DNA of 64,000 bases from the NCBI GenBank assembly GCA_003427395.1, contig BFEA01000002.1, forward strand, positions 5,613,483 through 5,677,482. The letters are read 5' to 3'. The position numbers and the translations under genes were made by a program. Source of the stretch: Chara braunii (Eukaryota > Plantae > Charophyceae). Of this stretch, positions 1 through 11,900 are shown in pieces. Within the stretch, counting starts at the first letter, position 1; each line of letters opens with the position of its first letter. Under the pieces are notes generated by a model, which worked only from the letters and a program-made list of their open reading frames with translations, did not search any database and was not told where the DNA came from.

Positions 1-426
1 TTCTTCTTCTTCTTCTTCTTCCCGCCTCCACCTGCATCTTTCCGCCCGCATCCGCCCGCCCCCGCCAACATCCGACCACACCCCTCCGCATCTTCCCGCC
101 CGCTTCCACCCACCCCCGCTATCCTCTGGCCGCCTTTACCCGCCTCCGCCCACCTCCTCCCGCCGCCGCACGCCTCCTCCTGCCGCCGTCGATGTCCGCC
201 CGGCACCTCCTCTCGCCTCCGCATGCCACCTCCTCCCGCCTCCGCCTGCCTCCTTCTCCCGCCCCCGCCCGCACCTCTCCCTGCCTTCGCACGCCTCCGC
301 CTGCCTCTGCCAATCTCCGCCAGCCACGTGCTCCCGCCTCCGCCCGCATCCGCGCACACCCGCCCGCCTCCGTGCACACCCGCCCGCCTCCGTGTGCACC
401 CGCCCGCATCCACGCACACCGGCTCG

Positions 427-427
<1 letters not shown>
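1..427. repeat. C-rich low-complexity tract (CCGCC/CCTCC-type)
   Basis: Degenerate short C-rich units; the ORFs here are compositional artefacts. Confidence 0.8.
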
Positions 428-488
<61 letters not shown>

Positions 489-607
489 CATTTATTCGCG
501 GATTTCGACGGATCCTTTCCTTCAAGATCCGTCGATATCGACGAATCTTAAAGGAAATGATCCGTCGACATCCACGAATAAATTGATTGATTGATTGATA
601 TTGATTG
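428..607. repeat. Loop-less palindrome (491-582) flanked by inverted (TCAA)n / (TTGA)n microsatellites
   Basis: 491-536 is the reverse complement of 537-582 with 5 mismatches in 46 bp; centre GAT|ATC. Confidence 0.9.
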
Positions 608-654
608 TAGTTCAAAATTATTTCATTCTGCTTACCAACCTTATCTCATTGCAT

Positions 655-721
655 CTCAATTCGAACTTGCATCTGTATTTCAACAGTTCACTAGGTGTAC
701 CAGGTGAGCTAGGCCCGTTGG
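655..721 (-). mobile_element. tRNA-derived SINE family A, head fragment
   Basis: Shares TCTGTATTTCAAC..TTCA..GGTGTACC...GAGCTAGGCC with copies at 9033-9100, 12470-12540, 15396-15448 and 32070-32240; reverse strand shows A-box-like TAGCTCA..TGG and B-box-like GTTCGAA. Confidence 0.6.
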
Positions 722-867
722 TTATATTGGCACTTTTGGGTCAAGGGTATATCTCCAGTTTGGGACTGTCGAGCACAAGCCTAACTCATATCTGTGCAGT
801 GTGGAACTTCATTGGTCAGTTGATCTCGACTGATCTTGACAGAGTGATAGATTTACGAGAATACGAT

Positions 868-1936
868 AGGGGAGAAGAAGATGGACGGGGTGGAGGAGAT
901 GGAGTAGGAAATGGAGGACGAGATGGAGTAGGAGGAGATGGAGGAGATGGAGGAGGAGATAAAATGGGCGGAGATGGAGTAGGAGATGGAATAGGAGATG
1001 GAGTTGGAGATGGGGTAGAAGATGGGGTAGGAGACGAACGAGGAGATGGAGTACGAGATGGAGTACGAGGAGATGGAGTAGCAGATGGAGGAGGAGATGG
1101 AGTAGGAGGAGATGGAGTAGGAGGAGATGGAGTGGGAGGAGATGAAGTAGGAGGAGGTGGAGTAGGAGGAGATGGAGTATGAGCTGGAGGACGAGATGGA
1201 GGAGGAGATGACGTGAGAGGAGATGGAGTAGGAGATGGAGTAGGAGATGGGATAGGAGATGGAGGACGAGATGGAGGAGGAGATGAAGTAGGAGGAGATG
1301 GAGTAGGAGATGGAGTAGGAGATAGAGTAGGAGATGGAGTAGGAGATGGAGTAGGAGATGGCGAGCGAGATGGAGGAGGAGATGAAGTAGGAGCCTGAGG
1401 ATATGGAGTAGGAGATGGAGTAGGAGATGGAGTAGGAGAAGGAGGACGAGATGGAGAAGGAGATGAAGTAGGAGGAGATGGAGGAGGAAGAGATGGAGGA
1501 GGAGATGGAGGAGGAGGAGATGGAGTACGAGATGAAGGAGGAGATGGAGTAGGAGATGGAGGAGGAAATAGAGGAGGAGATGGAGGAGGAGATGGAGGAG
1601 GAGATGGAGGAGGAGATGGAGGACGAGATGGAGGAGGAGATGGAGGAGGAGATGGAGGAGGAGATGGAGGAGGAGATGAAGTACGAGGAGATGGAGGAGG
1701 AGACAAAGTAGGAGATGGAGGAGGAGATGGAGGAGAAGATGGAGGAGGAGATGAAGGAGGAGATGGAGGAAGAGATGGAGGAGGAGATGGAGTAGGAGAT
1801 GGAGGAGGAGGTGGAGTACGAGATGAAGGAGGAGATGAAGTACGAGGAGATGGAGGAGGAGACGGAGTAGGAGATGAAGGAGGAGATGGAGTTGGAGGAG
1901 ATGGAGTAGGAGATGGAGGACATGAAGGAGGAGAAG
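868..1936. repeat. (GGAGAT/GGA)n-type degenerate minisatellite
   Basis: About 1.07 kb of GGAGAT/GGAGTA/GGA units; Gly/Asp, Pro/Ser and Leu/His ORFs in all frames. Confidence 0.9.
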
Positions 1937-2142
1937 ATCAATCAAACAATCAATCAATCAATCAATCAATCAAGTTCAATAAACAAACATTTCATCCGTA
2001 CAGGATGTCATTTCTAATTGTTACTTGTGGTATGTTTGTGGCACTTGTGCAAAAATGACATGCACCAAGTGGTGTGGTAGCAGGAAAGAGGTATGCTCTT
2101 TTTCAGACCTACATCTGCCCTAACCAGCAAACCCTCCCACCA

Positions 2143-2177
<35 letters not shown>

Positions 2178-3912
2178 GCCCCCCCATCCCCCTAAGTACT
2201 ATTTCTTTGCCCATGTGAAAGGCCTTCACATGACTGAGCACCCTCACGATGTGCCAAAAAATCATTGGCATTCTGTACCTTGGAATGCACCAGGTCCTGT
2301 AAGCGCAGAAGGTGCTTCACATGCACAACGTCATGCACCTTGAGGATCTGCTGCACATGGTGCAGGTGTTGCAGATGCAGCAAGTGCCGCAGATGTAGCA
2401 GGTGCTGCAAATATAGCAGGCAGCAGCAGACGAAAGAGGTAAGTCCTTTCTCACCCCCCTACCCCCCCCCCCCCCCCCCCAGTACTAATTATTTCACAAA
2501 AGTGCTCTGTTTCACNCAAAAGTGCTCTGTTTCACGTCAAATTTGGTGAGGGGGGTCCCCTAAACCAGCGCAAGACAACCTTTTTTTTTTTTTTTTGACT
2601 TCCCCCCCCCCAAAAAAAATCGTCGTTCGGAAATCCGGACGACCCGGACCACGGACGTCCGAGGAGACGTCTGGGGGAGACGTCCGATCTCCGGACCAGA
2701 AATAACCTAGCAAATTTATATTGAGTACTAAATATAAACTTCACTTTGAGTAATCATATTTAAATTTTTAACTTGTTAAACATGTTCCATTTGATTAATA
2801 CAGTGTTTAGTCGAAAGTGGTATTTTTCACTTGTCTTTTAACCTTTTGGTTAAGCTAGTTTCACCTTTATACCTTTTTATTTAAACAACAATTTTTTTCA
2901 ATTGACCCTTTTGTGAAGTTGGTTTAACATTTTTTCATTTAGGCTTGGTTAACCTTGTTGTTACGGTGATTTATCATTTTATTATTTAAGTTGAGGTAAC
3001 TAATTATAATAAAACTGAAACGTTTGTAACTTTTTTTTTTTTTTTTTTATTAATGAAAGGATGAACGATTAAACCCAAAACCAGTATTTCACAACTTAAA
3101 AAAAACACCATAATTTTATTTCATACTGAACAAGGAACTTTCCCTCAGTAAAGGTAAGGAAAATGCTTATCCAAGATATAGTGATGTAGATGAAATATAC
3201 TGAGATCGTATTGTCCTTACCTATTTTCTTTATCTTTGGGTTTATTTATAAACTTGATTTTCGTTCCTGGCTGGAATGTGCATAACCAAAGTGGTACTGC
3301 ATGTTTTGTGGTTGTAGAGCTCCGAAGGCCTAAGTCTCATTAGCATGTTTGTATAACAGTTTGTAAACTTGTTATGTAATAGTTTTTTAACATTTTTCAG
3401 CTTGGCCATAATATAGCCATGAGAGTTTACGATAGTTTCTTATAAGATGGCCTTGAACGACCACAATGCTTACAAACACTCAATGGAGGTGCTCCCTAAT
3501 AGCTCAACGGTTAGAACATCGGTTGGAAATGCGCATTGTGGTATGAGGTTGAGGGTTCAAAACTTAATTGCAACGTTGAGCATGAACACGGCAGGGCGTT
3601 AGATTGACGCATAGCTGGACATACATTCCCTTGAGATGACGCATGATACTATTACAGACACTGCTTGCGCACCATCCACGGGTTGTTTATTGTGTTGTAT
3701 GTTTGTCATGAGTTTCACATGGGTTGCTTGGGAGTGTTGGCCTTGGGAGTTCTGTTGATCTCCCTGGACGTTTGTGTCATTTTCGATAGTCGTTCATAGT
3801 ACGGTAGAGTCATTCGATTTTATGTTACAAGGTCACGAGTTCGATCTTGGTTCGGACCTTGGGGGGGGTCCTTGCCCAACTTGCTACATTCTCTCTTCAA
3901 CTATATACACAT

Positions 3913-4109
3913 AATGCCGTCTGTACATCTCGATACATAGGTTCACAGAGCACACACAACCTTCGGGCATACACATAACTTGCAAACTATACATGGCCTA
4001 CGGGCTATATACACAAGTTTCCACACATGATGCTGTCTGTACATCTCGATATATAGATTCATGAAGCATACACAACCTTCGGGTATACACATAGCTTGCG
4101 AACTACACA
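3913..4109. repeat. Two-copy direct tandem repeat (about 118 bp unit)
   Basis: GTCTGTACATCTCGATA.ATAG.TTCA...AGCA.ACACAACCTTCGGG.ATACACATA occurs twice. Confidence 0.75.
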
Positions 4110-5548
4110 ACTATTAGACTGGGGGGGTGTAGTCACTGGGTGGGGTCTAGTATTTGCAGTAGGTTAATGTAAGGGGTTCCTATCGACATTCGGATAAAGC
4201 TATCCAGTGGCTATATAAGGTTTAGACCCTAGGGTAAGGGTAGGGACATAAGTCACTCAGGCCAGTCCGAGTTCGCTTGGAAGGACGGTAAAACTGCTTC
4301 AGTGGGTGGTACCCTGTCTGAACCTAGTGTCCAGAGTCTCTTGGGGCTTGTAGTAGATTGTCTGGGCCTGGCGTCCGAAGTTCCCGTTTGACAAGGCTCA
4401 TCCAATTCCGCTTCCACCAGGGCTGGGCAACCTATCAGCTTTGATGCCTGTCACTGCTGTTCGGTCCAAGTTGCCTGCCCATTGGTAGGGTAATGGTCCT
4501 GAGTGCTGGTCACACTGAGGTAGGATAGTGGGATAGGGGGTGCGCTAGGAGTATTGACGTGAGGATGGGATGGGAGGTGGTCTCATCATATTCCAGGACA
4601 CCCACGGCCCACTGCTCCAGGTGATCATTGTGCACTCAGTGACTGGCCTCTACAACACCAAAAAAAAAGAAGGTGAAGTGGCCAGCTCAGGCTATAGCTC
4701 TTCTGCGTGGCCAATTGGAGGTCTTATGTCTTATCCTGGGGGCAGGGGGGGGGGTGGGTAAGCCTCGTGGGTTTTGCCGGGCGCATGAGGCCGAGCGAGG
4801 CAAGATCCCTTTGACAAGCGCGTCCCTGGTCCCCTGAGAATCAGTCCGATCTGATCGGGCCTTTGGCGCCATAGCCGTAGGCCGGCAAACTGCGGTACTC
4901 TCACCCTTTCCCTTTCTCCAATCCCGTCATCACTGAGTCCTACCGGCGGCGCTCGTTTGAGTGCGCTCCGCTATTTTTTCTGTCGCCTCTCCTTTTTTCA
5001 CCTTTCCCTCACTCTTGTCCTTCCTGCTCTTTTATTGGCCATTTTTTCCCGGCTGTTGTCATTTCCGGGCCTTCTTTGCGTCACGGCTGGAGTGGTAGTC
5101 GCTGCGGGGGGGAGGCAGTAGGGGCTGACTAGTCAGCTGGGCGCGGGTTGTGATATACTATCGTAGACGGGAGAGAGACTGACGCTCTTGTTGGTCGGCT
5201 GTCGGCGGCGGGCGTTGTTCCTCTCTCTATTCCCTCCCTCCCTCCCTCCCTCCCTCTCTCTCTCTCTCTCTCACTCTCTCTCTCTCTATCTGTGTACTGC
5301 TGTTCTACCTCTTCTCCCTCGTTTTTCTTTCTTCCCTGCGCGTCTGCGCTTGTCATCCATCGGGCTCCGTTCAGCCTTTATAGGGACTCTTTGCGGATCT
5401 CCAGTGGGTGCGTACGTCAACGCTTCACGGCACTTGGACGTAGCGCTGCGATCTGGTGGAGTTGAGGCATCGCCGAAGTTGAGCAGGAGCAGGGGCAGGA
5501 GGAGTGTTCATAGATACCCGACTTCGCTCTCTCCCAAGCACAAGCGCC

Positions 5549-5645
5549 ATGTCGGACGCCGAGGGAGAGGAGGAGAAGAAGGAGCTCGATCTCAGCAATC
5601 CCGATGTCGTCACCAAGTACAAACTGGCCGCCGAGATTGTCAACA
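5549..5645 (+). CDS. EBP1: EBP1 exon 1 ([32 protein letters not shown])
   Basis: GCCATG start; donor A|GTAAG at 5646. Confidence 0.95.
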
Positions 5646-6249
5646 GTAAGATCAGCCACTTTGGTTCCCTCATTCTCCTTCACTCCCTCTCTCCCTCTCT
5701 CTTCTCTGCCTCAGTGTATGAAGGTACACAATTTTTCTCGTTTCTCTATTCCCTCTCCCTCTCTCCCTCTCTCTTCTCTCCCCCTCCTCTCTCTCCCTCT
5801 CTCCTTTCTCCGTTTCCTCTCTCCCTGTCTCTCCTCTCTCCCTGTCTCTCCTCTCTCCCTGTCTCTCCTCTTCCTGTCTCCTCTTCCTGTATCTCCTCTC
5901 TCCCTGTCTCTTCCTCTCTTCCTCTCTTCCTCTCCTCCTCTCTTCCTCTCTTCCTCTCTTCTCTCGCTCTCCTCTCTTTGTCTCGCCTCTCTCTCTCTCC
6001 CTCCTGTCTCCGTCCTCTCTCCCTTTCATCTCCCTCTCTCCCTCTCTCCTCTGTCCCTCTCCCATGTATCTGACTGTGGTTACGGCAAATATCATTCGCC
6101 GAAAGGTTTAAGGGTGAGCGGTTCATAAGTTTTTCTCGTCGATCGATTACATAACCATTCTCCTGTCTACCGATTTCAAGTCCGGGCACCTGTACGTGAG
6201 CATCCTCTTCTCCCATCTCTCCACGTGGTCTCTGTTGCCTGTCATTCGT

Positions 6250-6283
<34 letters not shown>

Positions 6284-8957
6284 CGTCGACAAGTCTCTTC
6301 TACTACCCAGACTCATTAATTCATTCTATGAGATCTTTTTCTGTTTTTCTTTTTCTTTTTATTTAGCAGTGAATCGTATGATGAGATATTTATCATCTCT
6401 TAGGTCCTAGTATCAACGGCTCCCCACCTTTCCTTCTCTTTCCGCATGTTTCCTGTCTGTTGTTCTCTTATTTCTTCTTCTCCGCCTTTCTCCTCCCTCC
6501 CCTCTCCTCCTCCCTTTGGTCCCTCACATGCCGCCCACTTTTCTCCGCTTGTTGCTCTGTGTGGTCTTCCCGCCTCGTCTTTTCCTCCTCTCCTCCCTCC
6601 CCTCCCCCCCCCCCCCCCCCCCTTTCTCTCTCTCTCCTCGCTGTCTCATTCACAACTGTACTGTAGTTGCCGATCTATGNNNNNNNNNNNNNNNNNNNNN
6701 NNNNNNNNNNNNNNNNNNNNNNNNNNNNNNNNNNNNNNNNNNNNNNNNNNNNNNNNTCTTTCCATCTTGCTCTGCCCATCTCTGGAGCTCCCCCCCCCCC
6801 CCCCTTTCTCTCTCTCTCCTCGCTGTCTATTCTTCTCCTCTCCTCTTTTCAAATCCTGTCTCTGGCTCTTCGTTTTCTATGCCACCCTACTCCTGCAGGC
6901 ACCCTACCTTGTTTACCCTGTTGTCTCTCTGTATCTAGTCTATATCTGGGACAGATTACTATACTCGTTTTACTTGTCTGGAGTCGGCGTCTCGTCACTT
7001 GCAACGTGTATCTGCAGCCTCATTGCTGGCTGTCATCTCTCTTCCTGACGGCATGGCCACGTGTCATGTTGTCGCCCTTCTCTCTCTCTCCCCCCTTTCA
7101 CTCCGCGACTCCGCATGTTGTCGCTGTTCTCTCTCTCTCTCTTCCCCCCCATCACTCGACTCCGCATGCTGTCTTGTCGCTCCTCTCTCTCTCTCTTCGT
7201 CACTAGTTGACCTCTCTATAACGGACCTCTCTAGAACGTCACCTGCGCACGTTGATGCAAGGGACCTCTCTCCCTTTCTCTCTCACGTCTCTCCCCTCAG
7301 CCTCACGTCTGGTTGGCATTCTGTCTTCAGCGTCTTGTCCGCTTGTTTTATATACAGCCCGCTTCTCTCTTTTTTTTTTTTTTTTTGGGACAATCATTCA
7401 ATCTTTTCCCTAAATTTTGTATCCCCGGTCGGCCGCCCCGACAACTGACCGTCACCATATATGTCCTCCTACTCGCAGCACCGTCCGTACTGTACGATTT
7501 CCTGCTTCTCATCTGTTCAGCTTGGCTCTAACGTTCTTTGCCTCATGCCTCATGTCTTCGCCTAATACCCTAAACTCATTTCTCTCTCGTTTGTCCCTTT
7601 CTGATCAATCTTCCCTTTTTCTCTTCACTTTTTTTTCTCTTCCCTTTTTTACTCTTCCCTTCTTTTTTCTTCCCTTTTTCTCTTCCTTTCTCTTCCTTTT
7701 TCTCTTCCTTTTTCTCTTCCCCTTGTCATCTGTTTCCGGTTGTTGTCCCATCCTTTCTCCTCCTTTTGCTCTGTCATCCCTTCGCTCTCTTTCTGCCCCC
7801 CTTGTCGCTTCTTTCTTTCCCTCTTGTTCGTTGTCGTCCCTTTGTCCTCTCCTGCTACTTTCTCTTTTTCTCCCCGCTTCCTCTCTTTTGTCGTCTCCTG
7901 CTCCTTTCTCTTTGTCTCCCCCCTTTTGTCCTCTTTTTCTCCCCCCTTTGTCCTCTCTTTTGTCCTCTCGTGCTCCTTTCTCTTTTTCTCCCCCCTTGTC
8001 CTCTCTTTCTCTCCCTCTTGTCCATTGCCTTCCCTTGGTTCTCTCTTCCCCCGGTTTCTCTCAGCACTTCGCCCTATCTTGTTCCTCCTCCTCCCTCAGT
8101 CTCCTTTTTCCTCTCTTTCTCCTCTTTCTCCTCTCTTTCTCACTCGCCCGTTTCTCGCACATTCTCTCGTCTCTATGCCTCTCCCCATTCGGATATCGCT
8201 TTATTTGTCTTCTCTCTCTCCCTTGGATCTCATCCTGTTTTCTTCTCGTTAGCTATGGCTATCTTTTTCTTTTTTTCCCCTACAATCTTTACCCGAGTAT
8301 AACGCCCCCTCATTATGGTTTGCATTTAGACTGAAAGTTGCCCCAAATACAGCTATGATGACCGAGCGTTTTATTTGGGTGTTAGACTGTATGCACGTGT
8401 AGATATAGCATGTGGGTAGGTCTTTTCTTTGCCACGTCAGGCTCACACCTCTTTTTTTTTTTTTTTTTTGAATTAGCGAGAATATTGAAAACAGTGGCCA
8501 TAGACCATAGACTGCTTCTCGTACAAGCATTGATATCTAGGTCATCATCATCATTACTTCTCCTCATGTACTGTTCTCAGCAAGAAACGCGCGCGCATCA
8601 TCCCCGACGGAAGTGTATCGGCCAGGCTGCGCTCCCGGCCTTCCTCAGGGGGCTTTACTGCGTGCCGCATCTTTCTCGTTTCCAATCCTGTGCGAAGTGA
8701 ATCTTACCCATCTCTCCCTTTGTATACCATATCCAGACCACTTGTCCTGTTTCCATCCGCACCACGTGTCGTCATTTTATTTATTCATCACCTTTTATTG
8801 ATTATTTTTGTTTTTTGTTTTTGCATGGCCTTCAGAAATCATCATTGATCTGACCGTCCCCAGGGCAATTCTGGATCATCCTTTTTTTTTTCTTTCATAT
8901 ATATATTAAAATTTGGACCATTTCTCGATTTATGCGTGTCATCCTTGCGCAGGGGCC

Positions 8958-8989
<32 letters not shown>

Positions 8990-11900
8990 ACGGATGTCCC
9001 GAAGGACAATTATTCTCTTCATCTTAGGGTATCTGGATTGGAATCTTTGAGTCTGTATTTCAACGGTTCACGGGTGTACCAATTGAGCTAGGCCGGTTGG
9101 TTTCTTTCTTCTTCTTCTTCTTCTTCTCCTTTTTCATTTTTCATTTTTGAATCGGATGTACTAGGTAGTGCAGATTCATGGTCGGAGCCATCTGTTTTTT
9201 TTTCTGTCAATTTTTTTTTTCAACCGTCGATTACTGATCAGTTTGTGAACCTGCTCTCTACTTCTGTCGCAGTTGTAGCACTTCTCAGTGCACTCCCTCT
9301 TCTTCTCGATGTCAGCTTCTCCCAATCTGCTTCTACTTGGCTACGTCTCTTATGTCGCCTTCCATCTTGCCTACCCTTGTCACTTACCTGTCTTCCACCT
9401 ATTCTCATTATCCTCCGACAATGCCCCGACGTCTTGCATCTCTACCATCACTTACCTGTCTTCCACCTGCTCTTACTATCCTCCCATATCCCCTTTTCCA
9501 TTGCTCAAAGCCCTTCAAAGCCCTACTCCGTTGTCTCGTTCCACCTTTGTTCCCCTCCTACGTGTTGTACTTTCCTATCCTGATGATTCGCGGCCACTTT
9601 TGTGTGTCTGCTGTCTCTATGCGCGTATTACCTTTCTCCTCTCTCCATCTCCTCTCCTTGTCCTATTATGTATTGCTGACTCGGGCGGTACCTTTGGTTC
9701 CACAATGCCTCTCGGAGAACCAAACGGTGTAGCCGAGCCGACGCTCGGCTCCCGCAGCAAAAGAGAGAGAGAGGTCCTGCTGACATGGTGCAAATGGAGG
9801 TGATGGGAACGCGGTAGTCGAAACGCTGTAGCCGAGCCGACGCTCGGCTCCCGCAGCAAGAGAGAGAGAGCGAGCGATTTTTTTTTTTTTTTTTTTTTTT
9901 GAAGGCATGGGGGTGTAGATAGAGAGAGAGAGGTCCTGCTGACATGGTGCAATTGGAGGTGATGGGAACGCGGTAGCCGAGTGCGGAGGGGTTTGGGGAC
10001 TCGCTCCAGTACTCCACATACGACTGGTATCGGGACTGCTATGTGGACCGCATACAAGAAGACGGATCGAACATTTTGATTGTACTTGGTCCCTTTACCA
10101 GCTCCAAATTCATGTAGAATGGTGTGCAGTGCAGCCAGGCCTTCTGGGTTAGCGAGACTTGGGTGCATATTGCCGACTTGGGCGATAACTTCGATTCTAT
10201 AACGCCCTCTGGAGAAGGAGAGATTCTATAGCCCAGGCTTTAGGCTTTAGGCTTTTGGCTATCGCGTCCCTCCCCCTTCTCCTGACTAACCTGAGGTTAT
10301 TTCCGTAATCGGTATTGGTGTCATTCAAGAGCGCCAGCTACCCGACTTCCCACGAACTTAACGCACCCTGATAATGAATGCATCAAAGCTATATTTCCGG
10401 TCAGATACAGGCGGAATAAGGGTGCGTTGTGTTCGGGGGGAGACGGTAGTAGATCTCACTGTGAGTGGAAAGATAGCCTTCATTTGGACTTCTTCGACTT
10501 CAGGATGGAGGGGGAAAAAAACCTACCGACAAAATTGAATTAACGGGCTCAGTAGAATTAAATCAAGCACGATAACCGATGCACGTTTTTTTTTTGTATT
10601 TTTTTTTTGACGATTTCTTCATTTATGGGAATGGTCCAAAAAGGGTGGTGNNNNNNNNNNNNNNNNNNNNNNNNNNNNNNNNNNNNNNNNNNNNNNNNNN
10701 NNNNNNNNNNNTTTTTTTTGAACCGTTTCTTCATTTATGCGTGCCATCCTTGCGCAGGGGCCATGATCCTCAAATTCTTTGTATCGTTCCAATGATAACG
10801 GATGTCCGTTATCGGTTATCAAGGACCTTTGTAAATTTTTTTTGGTCCTTTTTTTTGGGTCCTTTTCTTCATTTTTGCACAGGACTTTTTATTTCGGAGA
10901 CAAGTGTGAAATGAAGAAAAGGACAAAAAAAAACGAAACAAATGCACTGCAAAAATGCGGTCCAGTGTGCGGGAAAAAATCGAATGAGGCATATTGGAAG
11001 AAGAATGAGAGGATGACCATTCGTTCTTGCAATGAGACAATCGTTGTTGTTTATCGCTTTGATCAGTTTTTTTTTTTTTTTTTTGAATTAGGTTTTGATG
11101 TTATTGCTCAATAATAATATTTAATAATTTAGGGTTTGCAAGGCAATCAAGGATTGGCGTCTTTGTCTCCTCACTTCTCTCCTACCCTCTTCTGTCCTAC
11201 CCTACTCTGCTATCCTCATCTCCTACGCTCGAATCTCGTTCTTTCTTCTCTCCCACCTTCTCCTCTTCTACCGTCTTTTTTTAAATCCCACTCTTCGTCC
11301 ACCCCCTCCTTCCCTGACCTCTACTACTGTCCCTACCCTCTCTCTCTCCTCTTCTCCACATCTTCTGTTCTATCAAAAAATTGAACCCCGCCTGTCTTCT
11401 CTCGGCACTTGCCTTCTTCTCCCTTCATGTCTTTTCTCCCCTCCCATAATGTTCTCTGCTTCCCATCGTTATCTCGTCCTTTCCATCTTCTCTTTCATTC
11501 ATCGGGCTTCTGTTCTCCCATCTCCTCGTTCTCTCTCCTCTCTCGCGTTCTGCTCTCATCTTTTCTTGTCTCCCGCCTTGTCTCGAACACTCTGTCTGCT
11601 TTCCCATCCCATCCTCCACATATCTTTTCTCCTTATCCATTCCTTGTTTTCTGATACCCTCTCTCTCTCCTTTCTCTTTGTCTCTTCTATCCTCTTCATT
11701 CTTATGCCTCACGCTCTAATGTTTGCGTTTTCTTCTTTCCCTGTCTTTGTTGCTTTCTCCTCTCTCTCTCTTTCTTCTCTTCTCTCTCTCTCTCTTATCT
11801 CTTCTATGCTGTTGTTTCTACTCTCCTGTTGTCGTTTCGCAGAGGCATTGGCATCTGTTGTGTCGGAATGCAAGCCGGGAGTGCGTGTCGTGGATCTGTG

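Noticed and set aside
809-1957. Long extensin-like (SPPP) or Gly-rich ORFs
   Set aside because: Open in several frames on both strands because of the GGAGAT minisatellite; no signal peptide or splice context
3497-3858. Two tRNA-like segments as real tRNA genes
   Set aside because: Only A/B-box-like motifs with no coherent cloverleaf; more likely decayed SINE heads
5670-8334. Many Leu/Ser/Phe- or Arg/Glu-rich ORFs
   Set aside because: Products of CT-rich intronic low-complexity DNA
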